The notes: a model not told the origin generated them from the letters alone. 64,000 nucleotides of DNA from Lepidodermella squamata (GCA_047495785.1 JBLDXI010000013.1:4154001-4218000), one strand, 5' to 3'; shown: positions 11,156 to 24,657, counted from the stretch's first letter. Numbers and translations are program-made.

Positions 11156-13665
11156 ATGTTAAGATTTTTCGTGCCGTTGTGGCGCCACGCCTGCGTCGCT
11201 CTCGTGTGTACGGCGCTGCTCTTCGCAATATGGCTGCCTCAAATTCTGCGAACAGCCGTCGAGGAGCTGAAGCGCCGCCGGGCCGAAAACGCAACGGCGT
11301 TCGAGTTGGAAATCGCAAATGTAACGCAGCAAACGCCTCAGATGCATCGCCACGTTACGGGCTATCTCGACAATGCTACAACGCCGATACGCTTGAATGA
11401 AACAACCAGGTTTTTCAGTAGCAGCAGGGCGCTTAAGATCCTTACTTCACCCTCAACCTCGACAACAACTAGATTGGACACATCTACTTCGCCTAGTAGA
11501 ACTTCAAAATCTTTCGACTTATTCTCTGGTGGGACTACATCAGGTTCTACTAGAACAACAGGAACTTCTGGAACCGTTCGGACATCTGCAACTCAAAGAT
11601 CTACCGGATTTACTTTATGGACAACTGGAACAGCAGGATCCTCCAGGACTTATATTGCTTCTGGAACACCGCCTGATCGAGTTAAATCCGTAACAAATAG
11701 AGCTAGGGTGACTGCTGGGGTTGGAACCAGATCTCCGAAATCCCCAAGGACGTCTAGCAGTACCACCAGGGTGACTACAACCTCTACGACTACAACTACT
11801 ACAACCACTTCCACGACAACCTTGCCAACATCGAAAGCTTCCACTATATCATCTTCCTTATCTCGTATATTCAACACTACTATATCGACTACTACCTCTA
11901 TTGCCTTGAATACAACTTTGGCCCTTGCTTCCGTGGCTTCAAGAATGGCAACTATGGCGTCTTCGGTAGCAGTGCCTCTTGCTGTTGTATCGACTCTATC
12001 GCCTCTGGCAACTCTTCCAGTTTCGGGTTACACAATGTCCGAAGACGCGGAGTATCTGCCGAAGATGGTTCATACACCCACGTCGAGTCGGTTGACCATC
12101 GCAAAGCTTGCGCTGGCTCTGAATCGGATAAATAACATCCCTATGAAATGGTGCACGCCTGAGCTGGAGGAAAGGTGGAACTTCAACTGCCATCGAGCTG
12201 TTCGCAATGTTGGCGATATTCGCATTCTGCAACGCGTCATTATGGATGTTGTGAATGGACATAAAGACAGGGTCGTTTTCGGAGCTTTAGGCGGATCCGT
12301 CACAGCTGGGCATGACGTGAAACATCATCAACTGGTTAGTAATTTTTCTAACTTGAGGCCTTTTTTATTTCTCATGTTTTCCTTATAGTATGTAAATCGA
12401 ATGGCTAGTGTTTTCAGTCGGGCGCTGGATATTCCTACGGTTACTCAAATCGGGGCTCTATCGGCGACAGGAAGCGAATTTTTCGCATATTGCCTTCACA
12501 AAATGTTCGATATGCGCAAATTGGACATCGTAGCTGTAGAATTTTGCATAAATGACGACCGTTTTAAAGATTTTATGCCTGGCTACCACCCAGACAAGGG
12601 GCGGCCGATGGAGGAGCTCGTTCGGCAAGTTCTACAGTACGAGAATATTCAACCAATTGTCGTCTGCTTCCGCCAAGTGAAAACTCTAGTCGAGTTGAGC
12701 CCCGATGACAACCCTAGCTTGGATCCAGATTGCCAATCCATTGAAGACACAGACTTTTTACCACTCGGTGAGTTTTTCATCCTAATTATATAACCTTGGT
12801 TTACCCTTAATTTTTAGCTGCCTATTACGCGCTTCCTCTCATTTCGTGGAAAAAAGTATTTTGCCGCTCTGATCTCCGGAGAAATATGACTCAGTTCGTG
12901 GCTCCTGATGGCGTTCATCCTACAGCTATTGTTCATGAGCAAATAGGAGAGTTTTACAGTCTTTTATTGAAATACGCCATAGAGGACCTTATCGGGAAAC
13001 TTCTATCGCGCTACCCGTCTTACGCCCAGCCTTGGAACTTACCGCGGCCTTTCACCATGGAAACGGCCCCTGGGCTGTACCCGTCTACGTGGATTCAGAT
13101 GCGGCCGATGTGTTTCATCAATTTTGAACGTCGTGACATAAGTTACTCGTTGAAATCATTGATGCGGGCGGTGGTTAATTCGAAAAACATCACCCTTCAC
13201 GGCGCTTCGGGTCCACTGAACCCCGGCGATGTATTTGAGTATTACGAATTCAGCGGAGCGAACGCCTCGGCAACCTTCGCTTTTCAGATCGATCACCCCA
13301 ATCGTCCTGAACTAAGTCTCGTCATGTCGTTAGCATACTCGACCATGGCAAGTTGCCGGCGCGATAGTGTGCTAAGAATAGCCGCCACTGCAAAGCCAGC
13401 CACGCTCTCGAATTCTCGGAGTAAAAAGGCTGCTGGAATCAAAACCATTTCCATTCACATGCCCATCAGATGTTTCGAAGGCTACCACGCCAATATGGTT
13501 GATGAAATACCGTTCGGTTCTTATTTTGACGATGTGAGCGACCTGGCTCTTGTTCACGGAAATATTATGCTGACAATCGAAAAAGTCGAAAGATACTACC
13601 CGCTTTCTTTACAAGCAATTGTCGCTGGCTGGAGGCGAACAAAAGAGTCAATGCCTGTAATTTAG
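11156..13665 (+). CDS. Membrane-anchored protein with Ser/Thr-rich stalk and SGNH/GDSL hydrolase domain, about 801 aa; exons 11156-12334, 12389-12767, 12818-13665
   Basis: N-terminal hydrophobic helix, long S/T-rich tract, SGNH blocks GGSVTAG, GALSATGS, EFCIND, DGVHP; two short introns splice in frame (phase 0 and 1). Confidence 0.85.
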
Positions 13666-14089
13666 TTTTATAGCTAATTTTTTGAAAAAAATTCGATCAC
13701 AAAAGAGATATTTTAGTTTGCTATCTTCGTTTTCTGTCGTTTTTGCTTCTGAAGATTTAAATACATGTCTCAGTGCATGAAATGTGCGTCCATGGAAAGC
13801 TTTTCTTATTGCAACTGTTTATTCAACATGAAAATATTCTTTTTATACTTGCGAATGACATTCACTGCCTCATTTGGTTCAGGACTTCTGTAAAAAGATA
13901 GAGAACGCAGGCCGTGCGCTCAATTTTATCGTATTGGTGGCAATAAAATACCACATTGACTACAAAGCTTGTTTTCTGTTTTACGGTTCATTATTCGCGA
14001 GAATTAATGTGGCTGCTTAGCAGTAAGAAAATGAAAGAGCCATGTGCGATCATCAAGCAGAGGAATCCATGCGAGAGCTTCGCCCAAAT

Positions 14090-14440
14090 ATTTGATGAAA
14101 CTGAGTCGCTCTTGCTTCTCGCAAAGACGAGTATGACACTGAAAGTCTCACGAATGCCATATATCATTGGAAAGCGGTCGACCCGAGTTGGTGCTTGCCT
14201 CGCGGTAAACCGCAAACCCGCTGGACCGATAGCTTGAAAAGGAGTCTTCTTAAAATTGGTTTGTTCGATATTCATGTGAAATATATTAAAAACCCAAATG
14301 AGCCAGTTAGACGCGGGAGACCTCGTAAGTCGACCCTGTTAATGCGACGCACTGAAATTAACAAAATTGCGGATCTAGAATTAGCGGAAATAACTGTCAG
14401 AGATCGGGATGAATGGCCATTAGTGTGTAATAGCATCGAA
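14090..14440 (+). mobile_element. 3' remnant of an RTE-like LINE (region C-terminal to RT)
   Basis: HWKAVDPSWCLPRGKPQTRWTDSLKRSL...RDRDEW resembles the RPRGRPxxRWxD...xDRxxW tail of RTE-type ORFs. Confidence 0.65.
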
Positions 14441-15795
14441 AATTGTGAATTTTTGGGCAAAAGCAGGTTGTTCGCGACCGATCTGTCGGCCCCTGAAGCC
14501 GATCGCCTGTTGTCAGCCGTCCCCTAAACCCTCACGGGTAAGGCCTTTTTTCTACTCTCTAATATTAACATCACATGCCTACGGAGGACGAAAAATAAAA
14601 CTGATTCATTTGGTCATTCATTCATTTGGTCATTTGGAGTCGCTTTTGCCAAATTTCGGCTCAGGTCATAAAAGCAAGATTTCTTGAAAGGAGGTTCAAA
14701 GGCTGATTGCGTCATCGAGGAGATATTAAGTCGGGCAATTGCTGCAATCAACAGACTTACATGCCGAGGACCAAATAGGAAACATGCAGATCAGAGAAAG
14801 AGATAGTAACTGAGCTAAAGTGGGCTTTCGGAGTGAATAGCGGTCCGATCTGCGCGATGATCATGGCAAGAGCAGGACTTTTCAGAACATTTGAAGTCCA
14901 ACTTGGCTGACCTAGTCCTCACTGTTTTCACCTGACATCTGAACTCCGGAAAGGGAGGCAATCTTTGACACCGGCGCAACTCTAAAACCAGCAAAAGCAG
15001 TCGACCGCTACACGTGCTTGAGAAGGATTAACCATCTGTCAGGCTCGGGGTATAAGGGAAACCGATTCTCGGCGACAGCAATTACAGATAAAAGTGGGGG
15101 CAATGAAAATCCCATCGCCTTCCAAAAGAGGGGCGCGGCTCAAGACCAGAGCGTAAAAATTGGATTTTTTCAAGAAAGCATGCAACCTAAACCTTTCTTA
15201 ATTTTGTCTGATAAATAATAATTTCTACTTAAAACTAAAAATTAATGGCCAATTAGGATTATAAAGTTTTATTGACGTGAAAAACAAACAGTGAGTGTTT
15301 TTTGAAAGAGAACCTTCGGCAAGTTTTTGGCATGACCTGGAATGCAGTGTGTCCTTGGATGAACCTGCTCATTGCTCACAGTAAAGAGTGAGGAGTCATT
15401 CTACTTTCAGTATGTCTTGTAGTTTGGAGTCCCTAAGTTCTGTTTTCTGTTCAATGGAATTGGAATTCGATTCTGGAAATCATTGTTCATCCACGAGGCT
15501 TCGATTTCTCCCTTAACAGTGGAAAGGTTTGTGGGATAGCCGCGCAGTTACCAGAGGTCAAGCAGTATTCAGTATTGTGTCTTCAATCGAAGAAGTCAGA
15601 TGAACCTGAGCCTGAACTCTGAAAGGAAGAAGTTGATTGAGTGAAAACCTTTGAAAATGAAGATTCTGAACTCTCGAATCTGAAATCTGATGGATGGGGA
15701 TTTCGGATTTCGCCTCTTACTTGTATTTTGTGAATTCTAAAGCATGCCATATTTTTATATCAGCATGGCTTATTGATTTTACTGTTCTAGATATA

Positions 15796-18575
15796 ATGAA
15801 TTTTGAAGAAATATCTCAAAAAGTACTTGGAGCGACCAGAAAGGTGGTCCAGAGCTCTTCCAAGTTGCCGAACCCTGGAACTGACTTCAGTCTGAACCTA
15901 TCTGTTGCAGCCGTTCGAAATAATCTTTCTCATCAGAGGACGGAATTGCTATCAGTGTAAGTTTCATCCGCATTTTCGCTTACGTGTTCATTTAGATTTG
16001 TTTTACTTCAAATTAGAATCGACCAGATGCTAGATTTCATGAATGTTAAAGTCGATCTAGCGTCACATATTGACGGCAACTTGTGGCAAGAGGATGCTGA
16101 CGTGGACGACATGCTTGATGCTTTGGTTGATGCTAATGATCAGCTGTTTGAACAAGTCGGTGAATCTCTCGATTCGGCCGCAGGTCTTAAGAAAGACGCC
16201 CCGGATCTGGTCATCGTTAATGCTCCTAGGCATAGATTTCGCAAGTCTCTGGGTAATACTACCAATAGCACTGCTACAGCGAATGGTGAGAAGGCTGGTG
16301 CTAACGGCGCTGATAAAACCAACGATGTATTCCGTTTGATTGCTGCTCGAATCGTTGAACGCCCTCAGTTAAAGTTTGCCGACAAGATCAACAACTCCAA
16401 CTCGATATTTGTGCCCAAGTTGACGAGGAAGCCTAACGCCTTGCGACCTCTCGATGAAAGTCTCATTCGTTTGGAAGAAGGCGAGGGCAGTTATCAGAAC
16501 CCTTACTCCTATGAGTTGCAGTCTTTTGTTGCTAGTGGTAAGTAAACTCTACATTTCTCTTCGCTATCTTAATCAACATTATTTTTGTAGAGGAATTTGT
16601 TCAACCGAGTAAATATGGACCGCCAGCTTCCTTGGAAGATACTCCATTAGTTCATGTTGAAACTCCCGAGCAATTTTCGGCTATGCTTAAAGACTTGTCG
16701 ATAGTTTCGGAGTTGGCAATCGATTTGGAGCACCATTCATACCGTACTTTTCAGGGATTCACCTGCTTGCTCCAAATCTCGACACGATTGAAGGATTATA
16801 TTGTTGACACCCTTACTTTAAGGAGTGAACTCCACAAATTGTTGGATATTTTCACGAATCCGGATGTTATGAAAGTTTTTCACGGTGCTGAGAGTGATAT
16901 TGTTTGGCTACAACGCGATTTCGGACTTTATGTCGTCAACATGTTTGACACTTACAAAGCCTCAAAAGCGCTCGACTTCCCGAAATTTTCGCTGCAATAC
17001 CTATTGGATCGGTATCTCAAAGTCGATGTTGACAAACGTTTTCAGCTCGCCGATTGGAGGATCCGACCATTACCTCAAGAGCTTATCTCTTATGCTCGAT
17101 CAGACACTCACTACTTACTACACATATGTGATTTGATGAAAAAGGATCTAGTCGAGAAGGCGAAATACGATGGGAATAACGACGAATTCTGTTTAGTTCG
17201 ACGCGTTTTTGACGAATCTTCTATCGTTTGCTCGCAGGTAATTTTTCCGTTAGATTATTTTAAGGTGACTCATTGGTTTTTTTAACAGCACTACGAGAAG
17301 CTAATTTTCACCGATGAATCACACCTTGAACTTTACGAGCGGAGTCGGAAGGTGTTTAATAGCCAGCAACTAACTGCCTTGAAACTGTTATTTGCCTGGA
17401 GAGATAAAATGGCGAGAAGGGAAGATGAAAGCACAGGGTAAGTCGAGGGTAATTATTTCTACCAAGCGTATCTAATCATCTGTGTACCAGGTATGTATTA
17501 CCGAACCATATGTTGCTGCAAATGGCTGAACTGCTGCCAAAAGAACCAACGGGTGTTTTAGCCTGTTGCCAGCCAATTCCGCCGCTCGTTAAGCAGCAAG
17601 TTCACGAAATGCATGGGCTGATTTTGCAGGCCCGCCGCCAGCCCCTTCAACAGGTCGAAAATCCGTCTGTTGTCGCGGCAAAAACGCAATTCGTATCAAC
17701 ACAGCGACTTTGCCCGGAACTCGAGGCGTTGAGCTGCCCGCTAGACCTTAACGCGAAATTGCCGGAAAAGCTAGATATCACTGTTGAAATTCAGCCAAAA
17801 CAAGTCGACTCGCCGGCTAAAAAGAAGAAAAAAACTTCAAGTGATGTTAAGCCGGTTTCGTCGTTTATCGAAGTTCTAGTGCCTAGCTCTACGTGTAAAT
17901 CGTGTAATTCGGCGAAAGATGCCGTGTTTCATCGAACGATCAGCTTATTTGCTGGTTACGCGTTGAGATCGAAGTCTTACGAGATGAAATCGCTGCTCGT
18001 TGCGCCGGAAAATTTGCCCAGCAGCGAGAAGGACTCGCCCGTTCAAAGGAAATCAGTACGTTCCTTTCATGTCTTGAATAGAATGAAGCGCAGTTGTACC
18101 TAAAATCTAGTTGAATAGTGCTAGTTGAAACAAGAGAATAAGCTTATTTTACTGAGTATTTTTTCCCACTAATGAAGTTGAATTGTTCATTTTCTCAAAA
18201 TATTTTTCTTAGCTCAAGCGATCTGTCTCTGCCACTGAGGGTTCAGCCCCTGATCTTCACATGGCTAGTGTTGCTTCATCAGCTACCCCGCCAAAGCGTG
18301 GTAAACGCGGTGCGAAGAAGGCTGATCCATTAACGCCGCTAGTCCCACCTACAATGACGTCGAAACGCCCGAAACGAGGGCCGAAATTCGTCGAAAGCGT
18401 TGTTGTGCTTAGCGATAGTGACGATGAAGGTAAAGCGGGCGCGAAAAAAGGCGGTAAAAACAACAATGGCCGCGATAAAAATACGAGACGGCGCGATTTC
18501 CACGAGCGGAATTCGCGTCAAATTCAGTCGTTCTCTTCGAAATCGCCGGGTAAAGGCGGCCGGGGTGGTAAGTGA
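15796..18575 (+). CDS. EXOSC10: Exosome component 10 / RRP6 3'-5' exoribonuclease; approx. exons 15796-15956, 16017-16537, 16591-17237, 17289-17437, 17490-18055, 18213-18575
   Basis: PMC2NT-like N-terminus, IDLEHHSYRTFQGFTCLLQISTR, KVFHGAESDIVWLQRDFG, QLADWRIRPL, YARSDTHYLL, HRDC (WRDKMARREDESTGYVLPNH), basic C-terminus. Confidence 0.95.
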
Positions 18576-18710
18576 TAACAACCTAGCACATAATGGCGTT
18601 GTTGAGCTATCAAATAAAAGAAAAATTATTCCTAAAAAATCAGAAAATTCTTCACATTTTTAATTATTTTTCATTTTCCTCAAACGCCTGTATAGATTTT
18701 TAAAGAAAAA

Positions 18711-20237
18711 ATGCTTAGTAGAAATATGTTGAAAATGCTGAGTCGGATCAACCCAATCCGAGTGAGGTATGCTGAATTCACGAAATCGGCGAAAATTTCC
18801 ATCAGACCGCGCCCGACCGGGCCGAAAACTATGGGATATGTGAAACCGATTGTTTTCGGGGTTGGATTTGGCCTGGTAACTTATACCGGATGCACAATTT
18901 GGGAATACGAAGTTAATCAAGCCAAACTTCGCAATCGACCTAGGATAAGGTCGGTTTTCGACGACGACGATGAGCCGAGTGTGTACGGCGGGCCGTGGTT
19001 TAAAGGCCTGTACCAGGGCGACCGGCAGCCAATTGATAAACGAGGCGAATTGCGGCGAAAGGCGAATACTTGGTGGAATTCGCTGTCGAATGGTCAAAAA
19101 GTCGTGTTGTCAATAATAGCGGCTAATGCTGGGGTTTTGGTTTTCCTAAGATTGGCCCTAACAAACCCGGCAATGGCAGCTGTTGCTCAAAAATATTTCC
19201 TGCTTTCACCGACATGTGAGTTGAGAGATTTTTTATAAAAATTGGGATTTTAACTAAGCAATTTTTTTCAGCTTCATTGACGTCACTAGTCGGTTCGACG
19301 TTTTCGCATTACTCATTTTTTCACTTTGGCATGAACATGTACGTATTGTATACGTTATCGCCGTTCGCCCATGTGATGGGCCAGCAACAATTTACGGCAT
19401 TCTACCTTACATCGGGCGTTTTCGCGAATGTCGCGAGCATCATTTACCGACAACTGCCTTTCAACAGAGTCGTAGTAGCATCCCTTGGAGCGGTAAGTTT
19501 TAAATAAAAATTTTCAGTGTGCCCAGTGGAAAGCCTAAATTCAGGGTTCCAGAGCTGAAATTAAAAGGACCCAAAACTTAATTTTCCAAAAATGTGGGTT
19601 CGAGTTTCAGGTCTTCCCGATATTTCGCTGGGAGCATAATTCTGAGCCGATATCGATTCGATGTATCGATTTTGAAAGTCGAATCAATAAGAATCCGGAA
19701 AATTTAGGACTAGAACCTTAATATTACTGAAGCAATTTATTGGATACTTTATTTTTATTTTGATAAATTTTTGAATATTTTTTTGCATTTTGTAAAATTT
19801 TAAAATGCACTAAATAAAATGTCTCACTTTCACAGTACTTAGCACTTTCATAGAAAATATTTTCATATTGCGTGTAAATTTGTTTATAATTACGTACATT
19901 TCTTCTCAAATTTATACAGTCCGGATGTTTATACGCTGTCGTCGGTGCTCTGTGTATAAAATTCCCGCACGTTCAATTCGGCGTTCCGATTCTGTCCGAT
20001 CTTATCCCAGCGTTGCATTTCAAAGCCGAAGCCCTATGGCCTGGTCTGCTAACTTTTGACCTCATCGGTCTCCTGCTCGGTTTTCGCATGTTCGACCACA
20101 TTGCCCACATGAGCGGGCTGCTATTCGGCGTTGGCTATGCGAAATGGGGCGATAAAATTGTATGGTCAAAGGATTTTCGCCGTCACATAATCGCCGGTTG
20201 GCGCAAAATTCGACCTTCAAAACATATCGATGAATAA
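18711..20237 (+). CDS. PARL: Mitochondrial rhomboid protease; exons 18711(or 18726)-19215, 19272-19492, 19920-20237
   Basis: Basic presequence, CTIWEYE, STFSHYSFFHFGMNMYVL, catalytic GASG formed across intron 2, FDHIAHMSGLLFG. Confidence 0.92.
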
Positions 20238-20369
20238 AATGAGATAGCTAATCATAAATCAATCAATCAACCAAGGAAGAACCCGGCTGCAATCATATTT
20301 TTTATATAAATTGCAATTTTTAAGGCGCATTTTTTGAAATTTTTGCTATATAGTGGTTTTATTTTACAA

Positions 20370-23327
20370 ATGGTGTCGACCGGGCATTTTATATCACCGG
20401 TTAGCAGCCATTTGGCCGATTTTGTTGTTATTGCAATCGCATCGACGTGTCTCCTCATGCCAAGCCGTGTTTCCTCGACGATTGTTGTGGTGAGTTCGCA
20501 ATTAGCAATATTTAAATAGAATATCTTGGTGAATTTGTGAATTACCGTAACGCAGGGTAATTTTGGAAAGGTTAGCTCAGGGCACTTCCAAGAGATTAAC
20601 TTGTTTACATACCGTTCGTGGCGCGGAAGAACCCGCACTTCGATGATTTTTTGCCCTGACTGTACCCCGCGAGTACAGCATAACGCACAGTATTGCATAT
20701 AGTATCCAAGGCTGTACTCCGGCAGTACAGTCAGGGCAAACAATCATCGAAGTGCGGGTTCTTCCGCGCCACGAACGATACGCGACTTAATTTTTGGAAA
20801 AATGTAGGAAAATATTTTGGGCGAAAAATTGCAGAAATCATGTACAAATTCTCAAAATTGGCATGAAAATCCAGGAATAATCTTAAATTAACAACTTGTT
20901 TTTCCGATTTAAATTTTTTTTTAGCAAAAACCTGATTTTCAGCACTCGAAAAACATGATTTTATCCAGAGTAACACCTTGTTACAGTAAATTTTTGAAAA
21001 TGCTACTAGATCTCCTAAATCAGATTATGAGTTCGAAAATTAATTTATTGAAATTTTGACGAAATTATTGTTTTTTCTAGCTCAATTCGGATGAGAGCAC
21101 GAACGATACGATGGACGATTCGCCGGCGTCTTTCGGCATGTCCCTCGTAGATTTGACCATGCTCGGCGCCGTCTACCCGTCCGACCCAGGCAACTTGGGC
21201 TGCAACCCGGGCAGCATCGACCCGGCGCCGTTAATGCCGCCTTTCAACGACTCGCGCATGAACTGGTTTGTCGTGCTTCAACGCGGCAATTGTACGTTTG
21301 CGCAGAAGGCGCTGAATGCTCAAGCGGCTGGGTATGACGCGCTGATTGTCCGTAATGAGGTCAATAAGCCGGACCGGTCGTCGCTGATCTGCGGCGGCGG
21401 TTTCCCGTGTGACAACATTACCATTTACGTGACAATGGTGTCTAATAGTGACGGTCGCGATCTCGCTACGCTGTTCAGTTTTTCACAAAAGTAAGTGAAC
21501 TGAGTGTTCGCGAAAGGATTAGAAGTTCAGTTTAACAATCCAAAATTCGAATCTCTTTTGAAGTTTTTAAAGGAGATGATGGGGGTGGGAGATTCTTGAT
21601 ACCTTCAGAAGGAATCCTACTGGTTGATCCTGTGAATCCAAATACTCGGCAGTCGTAGGGCGTTTGAATCCTCCACACGCTCGTTTAACCTGAGTTGACA
21701 TAATATTTGGAGGTGGACCTTCGTTTCGACTCGGAATGTTGAACGGGATGCCGACTGGGAACAAGCATTTTAGTCGGGTAATGGTTAATTCGAAGACATT
21801 TGCCCACTGGACGAATATAAAGTTGGGCAGCAGGCGTGATGCTGGTAATTATGGATATTCGAATATACGACGACTAGATGGTTTGTGGTGGAGAGGAGGG
21901 CAAATTCGCTGGCGATTTTCAAACGTGCCCCTAAAGATATGAGAGCCGAATCGACGTTGCCATAAAAGGGCTCAAAGTCTTCTCTGGTGATATAGCGGAT
22001 TCACGAAAGCATTATATAAGATTTGAATTGATGGTTTTCCACCGGTCTTTTGGTTCCAGTGGGTCCTCAAAATTGGGACCTGGTGCATGTTGAAGCGTAA
22101 ACCGAGACCGCGCTGGTGGTTACTGCAGTTGTGAATGAATGGCAAAACGTTTAAATCGTCCACCGTGAAAAGTGGGCAAATGTTTTGAAAAAGTTATTTT
22201 CACCGAATACTTAGATGGCGAATTTACCGAAGAAAACCCCGGTTTGGTAATTTTCGGTATTCTACCTGGTTGACCAAATTTTTCGGGATTTTTCCACTCT
22301 CATTGACTAAATTGTATGCGCTAAGTAAATAAAATATGATTTATGAGTATTATTAAAATTTTAAAATGGAGCTTTTTCCTATTTACAAATTGAATGATGA
22401 TTTTGTTTTTTCTTCCACAGCTTCACGGTGTCAATAACCGGTACGCCATCAGAGACCTACCTATACTACGTCCTGCCCTTCATAGTCGTAGTCGGCGTCG
22501 TCCTACTCGTCGTGACCTCCTTCTTCGTATTCCGCTTCATCCGCGATTGTCAAATCGCAAGAAAAGCGCGGCTATCTCGCTGGGACCTACGCAAAATCCC
22601 GACGCGGAAGTACAAAAAAGGCGTCGACCACTACGACTGCTGCTCGATTTGCCTCGACGATTTCGTCGACGGCGAAAAACTACGCATCCTCCCATGCGAC
22701 CACGCCTACCACATGAAGTGCATCGACCCGTGGCTGCTGAACAACCGCCGAAATTGTCCGGTCTGCAAGCGAAAAGTCCGAGTCCCAGGCGCGGCCGCCG
22801 AGTCGGACGACGAGGAAAGCGCGCGAAATGAAAATAACCGAACCGCAACGCCCACGTCGAATGTCGCGATCAACGCCGAAAACGACCAGCCGCTGGCGAT
22901 AGGCGAGGGCCGGCAGCACGCGCTGTCGCAGGGTTCGAACGACGGCGCCCCGTTGATTCGGCGAGACTCGGGCCGCGGGGTGGTTTGTTGCATTCCTAGG
23001 TCTTACCATAGTACGGACTCGCTGTCCTCGCCCGCGGCGCAACCGCCTATCAGCTCGTCTCTGCCTAGCACGAGCGGCGGCGTTGTTGTTTCCACGATTT
23101 CGACGTCGGTTGTCGAACATCACTACCCGGTTGTTAATAATAATTCTAGTAGTAACAATAACGAGGCTATGTCGAGTGAGGAGGACGATCGCACGGATTC
23201 GAGCTCGATTTCGAGCGGCGAGGTGCGGGCGCCGCGCACCGAGGACGAAGTTGTTGTTCAAATTGTTGACCAGGCGGCGGTGGAAAATACTAATGATGAA
23301 AATAATAATCACCCGGGTGCTGTGTGA
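20370..23327 (+). CDS. PA-TM-RING E3 ubiquitin ligase (RNF13/RNF167/godzilla family); exons 20370-20489, 21081-21490, 22421-23327
   Basis: Signal-peptide exon, PA domain (LQRGNCTFAQKALNAQAAGYDALIVRN), TM helix, RING-H2 CSICLDDF..LRILPCDHAYHMKCIDPWL..CPVCK; splice phases consistent. Confidence 0.92.
20612..20778. mobile_element. MITE (about 167 bp) with long terminal inverted repeats and TA flanks
   Basis: CCGTTCGTGGCGCGGAAGAACCCGCACTTCGATGAT...GCCCTGACTGTAC is mirrored by GTACAGTCAGGGC...ATCATCGAAGTGCGGGTTCTTCCGCGCCACGAACGA; TA at 20610-11 and 20779-80. Confidence 0.9.
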
Positions 23328-24657
23328 AAAACGGAAAATTTGATGCCCATTTATTGTTCAATTAATATAATAAAATAATTATGGATTTTAATTTCGAGAA
23401 AAAAATAAACGAAAGGAGCTGGATTGAAAATTTTTGCCAGCATGAAATTCGTCCTGGCATTAATTTTTCTCGAATTTCCCGAATTCGAGGCTGGTCAGAT
23501 TTATTCCGAGTTGATTATAATTTTCGTGTTTGAGAAAAACGATGATTTTTGTTTTTTTGTTACGACGTGATATTAGAATATTGGACAAACTTGTACTTTC
23601 TACTGCAACATCTCTCGCTATCTCGTTCGGCTATTTTTCCTGTCTGTCCTCTTTGAAATAATGTCTCTCATCGTGTTTTTCGTAGCAGCTCTTGAAAATC
23701 CATAAAATTATATATATATATATTTCGCGAAATTGAAGAAAATACCTTATGTGCCCTGATTTCGAGCTTTTTATGTATGTAAAAACAGATTATCAGAACA
23801 TACAGATTCGAATACTGCTTTCTTGAATAGATGATACGTCTTTTGTACATATATTATGATTTGAAACACAGTTTTACTCGCACCTTTTTTGTACATTTTC
23901 AATCAATTATTACTAGATATATATCGAGGATGAAACGCGGAAGATGGCCGAATAAAATCAAGAAGTTATTCGCGTTTTTTTCGTATTTTTGGCCAAATTT
24001 TAACGATTTTATGTGATGATGATGATGATTTCTCTCTTCTTCTGCAAAAATTCTGGGTTTCCTCTTATCCCGTTTTCTACCCGCCCCTTCTTATTCCGAA
24101 TTCACAGTTTGTTGGCCTCCGTATGAAAGTGGAAATAATATTCAGAGATTGGTTCATTTTCATTGCCTCGCTGGCTTTCGGCCATTGTCACGAGAAGGAA
24201 AATATGTTGAAGGTCGATTAGTTGCTGATTTATCATCGACCGAGAGGCAAAATAATGTGCGTCTTCTTTCTTTAATTTTCTTGATGTAAAAAGCGATTTC
24301 TTTTATATAAAAATGCAGCCGGAGATAAGAGCTATTATTATTGATGAAAAGCGCAGTTTGAAAATGTTGATGAGGAATAAAACAATGACAGAATTTTACC
24401 GCTGTTTTTTTTCAAATTCATGCTAGTATCACGCGAAAGTACAGAAGTAACGCAAGCAAAGAAAATGAAAGAGGCAGAAGCCGGAAGCCGGAAGCGAAGT
24501 CACATCTTCTGGGTTTTCTCCGCAAAATTCGTCATCTACATTCGGTTTAGAGAGAGAGAAACCATTTTATTTGGTTGTACTGTGTTATTAACAATAATAA
24601 CGATGCCTTTAAGACGCAGTGGTATATATTTCTTAATTTAGTTGGATAATATTTCGA

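Noticed and set aside
19590-19615. GGTTCGAG B-box-like motif suggesting a tRNA or SINE
   Set aside because: No A-box or cloverleaf pairing visible
20267-20743. 158-aa minus-strand ORF
   Set aside because: Runs through the MITE and antisense to RNF13 exon 1; chance ORF
22394-23343. Long alternative-frame and antisense ORFs over the RNF13 last exon
   Set aside because: Shadow ORFs of GC-rich coding sequence with no recognisable motifs
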